Shown here: piece after piece, positions 62,972-64,000 of the stretch
Position numbering within the stretch: the stretch's first letter is position 1
Layout: every line of letters begins with the position of its first letter
Origin: Podarcis muralis
Lineage: Eukaryota
DNA: 64,000 nt
Direction of reading: 5' to 3'
NCBI RefSeq assembly: GCF_964188315.1
Contig: NC_135660.1
Span: forward strand, 40,796,001 to 40,860,000
Position numbers and translations under genes: made by a program
Notes under the pieces: generated by a model
The model's input: only the letters and a program-made list of their open reading frames with translations
Databases searched by the model: none
Told to the model about the DNA's origin: nothing

Positions 62972-63635
62972 GCTAGAGATGGGAGAGGAGGATTAAATTG
63001 TAATATCACACATTACATTTAAAGGCGAAGCTATCTAATTATCCATTTCCCCAAACTATAAATCAGGCATGTCCAACAGGTAGATCGTGATCTACTGGTA
63101 GATTACTGGACGTCCATGGTAGATCACTGGTAGATCATTGGCTCCTCCCAAAGAAGCTGAACAACTGTGGCTCCCCTAAAAAAAGCTCAGCATTCTACCT
63201 CCTCCCTGAAAAACTCAACAACTTTGACCTGAACCCCCCAAAAGGGGATCACTGCCAGTTTTTAACTCTGTGAGTAAATCGCAGTCTCTTGGGAGTTGGC
63301 CACCCCTGCTGTACATGAACCGAAGCACAGCCATCCTTTGACATTCACACTGAATTTTGTTGTGCAGTTCTCCAGCCCAAGTAACATGTACAAAAATGTA
63401 TATACTATGCCAAAATGTGCATAAAAATACGTATTTTGGTGAAAATAACATGTGAAAAGGAATGAGGCTAGGGAGCATAGTTTTGTGTGAATTTGGTGAA
63501 ATTGCATGCAAATGTGTATGTAAGGGGGGAAATGCTGATTAAATTTTATGACGATTTTTAAGTTGCAAACTGAATTTAAGACTGGAAAGCTTAGAAACCG
63601 GGAGAAAATGAAATTGACAGATTTGTCCCTCCTTA
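62972..63635. mobile_element. Old AT-rich DNA element, copy 2, interrupted by an hAT MITE
   Basis: Homologous in reverse to 31610-32008. Confidence 0.6.
63064..63308. mobile_element. hAT MITE (GTAGATC-repeat family)
   Basis: Termini are CAGGCATGTCCAAC and GTTGGCCACCCCTG. Flanks CTATAAAT/CTGTACAT are a 6/8 TSD. GGTAGATC occurs several times subterminally. Confidence 0.78.
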
Positions 63636-63869
63636 ATCCAGACTGAGGGATCACAACTGTAATTCTCTGTGATCACCCCCTTCCTAATGTTCATGATTCT
63701 AGCAAAGCTGGATTCCCAGTTGGCTGGGACATAAGAGGTTTTTTTCCCTTTCTGGCTGCAAGTGGCTCAGCTGCCCACCCTCTCCTTGAAGCTTCAGGCT
63801 AAGACCTTTGTTGTTATTTTGCAAAACTTGTAGTTTGGGTCGTTTGTCTCCTTGCTTTTTCTACTGATT

Positions 63870-63992
63870 AGTTGTTGGTTGCCCACCTGTCAGTCATCTG
63901 ATGTCACAAGTTGGAGGAAATAGCCTCATGGGCCAATCTGGAATCCATGCTGGACCAAATGAGGCCCACGGCCTGGGTGTTCCCCACCCCTG
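63870..63992. mobile_element. hAT/Charlie-like element, right-end remnant
   Basis: Ends ggcccacggcctgggtgttccccacccctg, a Charlie/MER-type terminus. Confidence 0.5.
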
Positions 63993-64000
63993 CTATGGAC

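Noticed and set aside
1-64000. A novel multi-gene system, operon, CRISPR array or endogenous viral gene
   Set aside because: The longest ORF is 164 aa and is the antisense of BovB. There is no repeat-spacer periodicity and no prokaryotic or viral protein motif. The content is explained by vertebrate repeats plus unique non-coding DNA.

Overview
This is eukaryotic nuclear DNA from a squamate reptile. The repeat content (Sauria/Squam1 SINEs, Squam2- and Squam3-like SINEs, BovB, Penelope) points to a lacertid lizard such as Podarcis, Lacerta or Zootoca; this is an inference from recalled repeat consensuses, not a database search. The window reads as intronic or intergenic sequence. It has no long ORF, no recognisable host gene, no true tRNA/rRNA gene and no CRISPR array. 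It is mostly a layered transposon record: 6 Sauria SINEs, other tRNA-derived SINEs, LINE fragments (BovB, L2, CR1, RTE-X-like, Penelope), two probable solo LTRs, several hAT MITEs with clear 8-bp TSDs, Tigger-like MITEs with TA TSDs, about 10 microsatellites and a 200-N assembly gap (55632-55831). Between the repeats are a few CpG-retaining, repeat-free blocks that look like regulatory or conserved elements, a near-perfect RFX X-box, and a few isolated exon-like segments I cannot assign to a known protein. The only ORF-track entries I can assign to a protein family are retroelement fragments. I do not see a convincing new biological system. The best leads are the candidate minus-strand exon at 11453-11580, the CpG-rich block at 46390-46880, a young G-rich hAT MITE with TTAGGG-containing repeats, a tRNA-Ile/CR1 chimeric SINE and an inverted Penelope junction. 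All family names need confirmation with Dfam/RepeatMasker.
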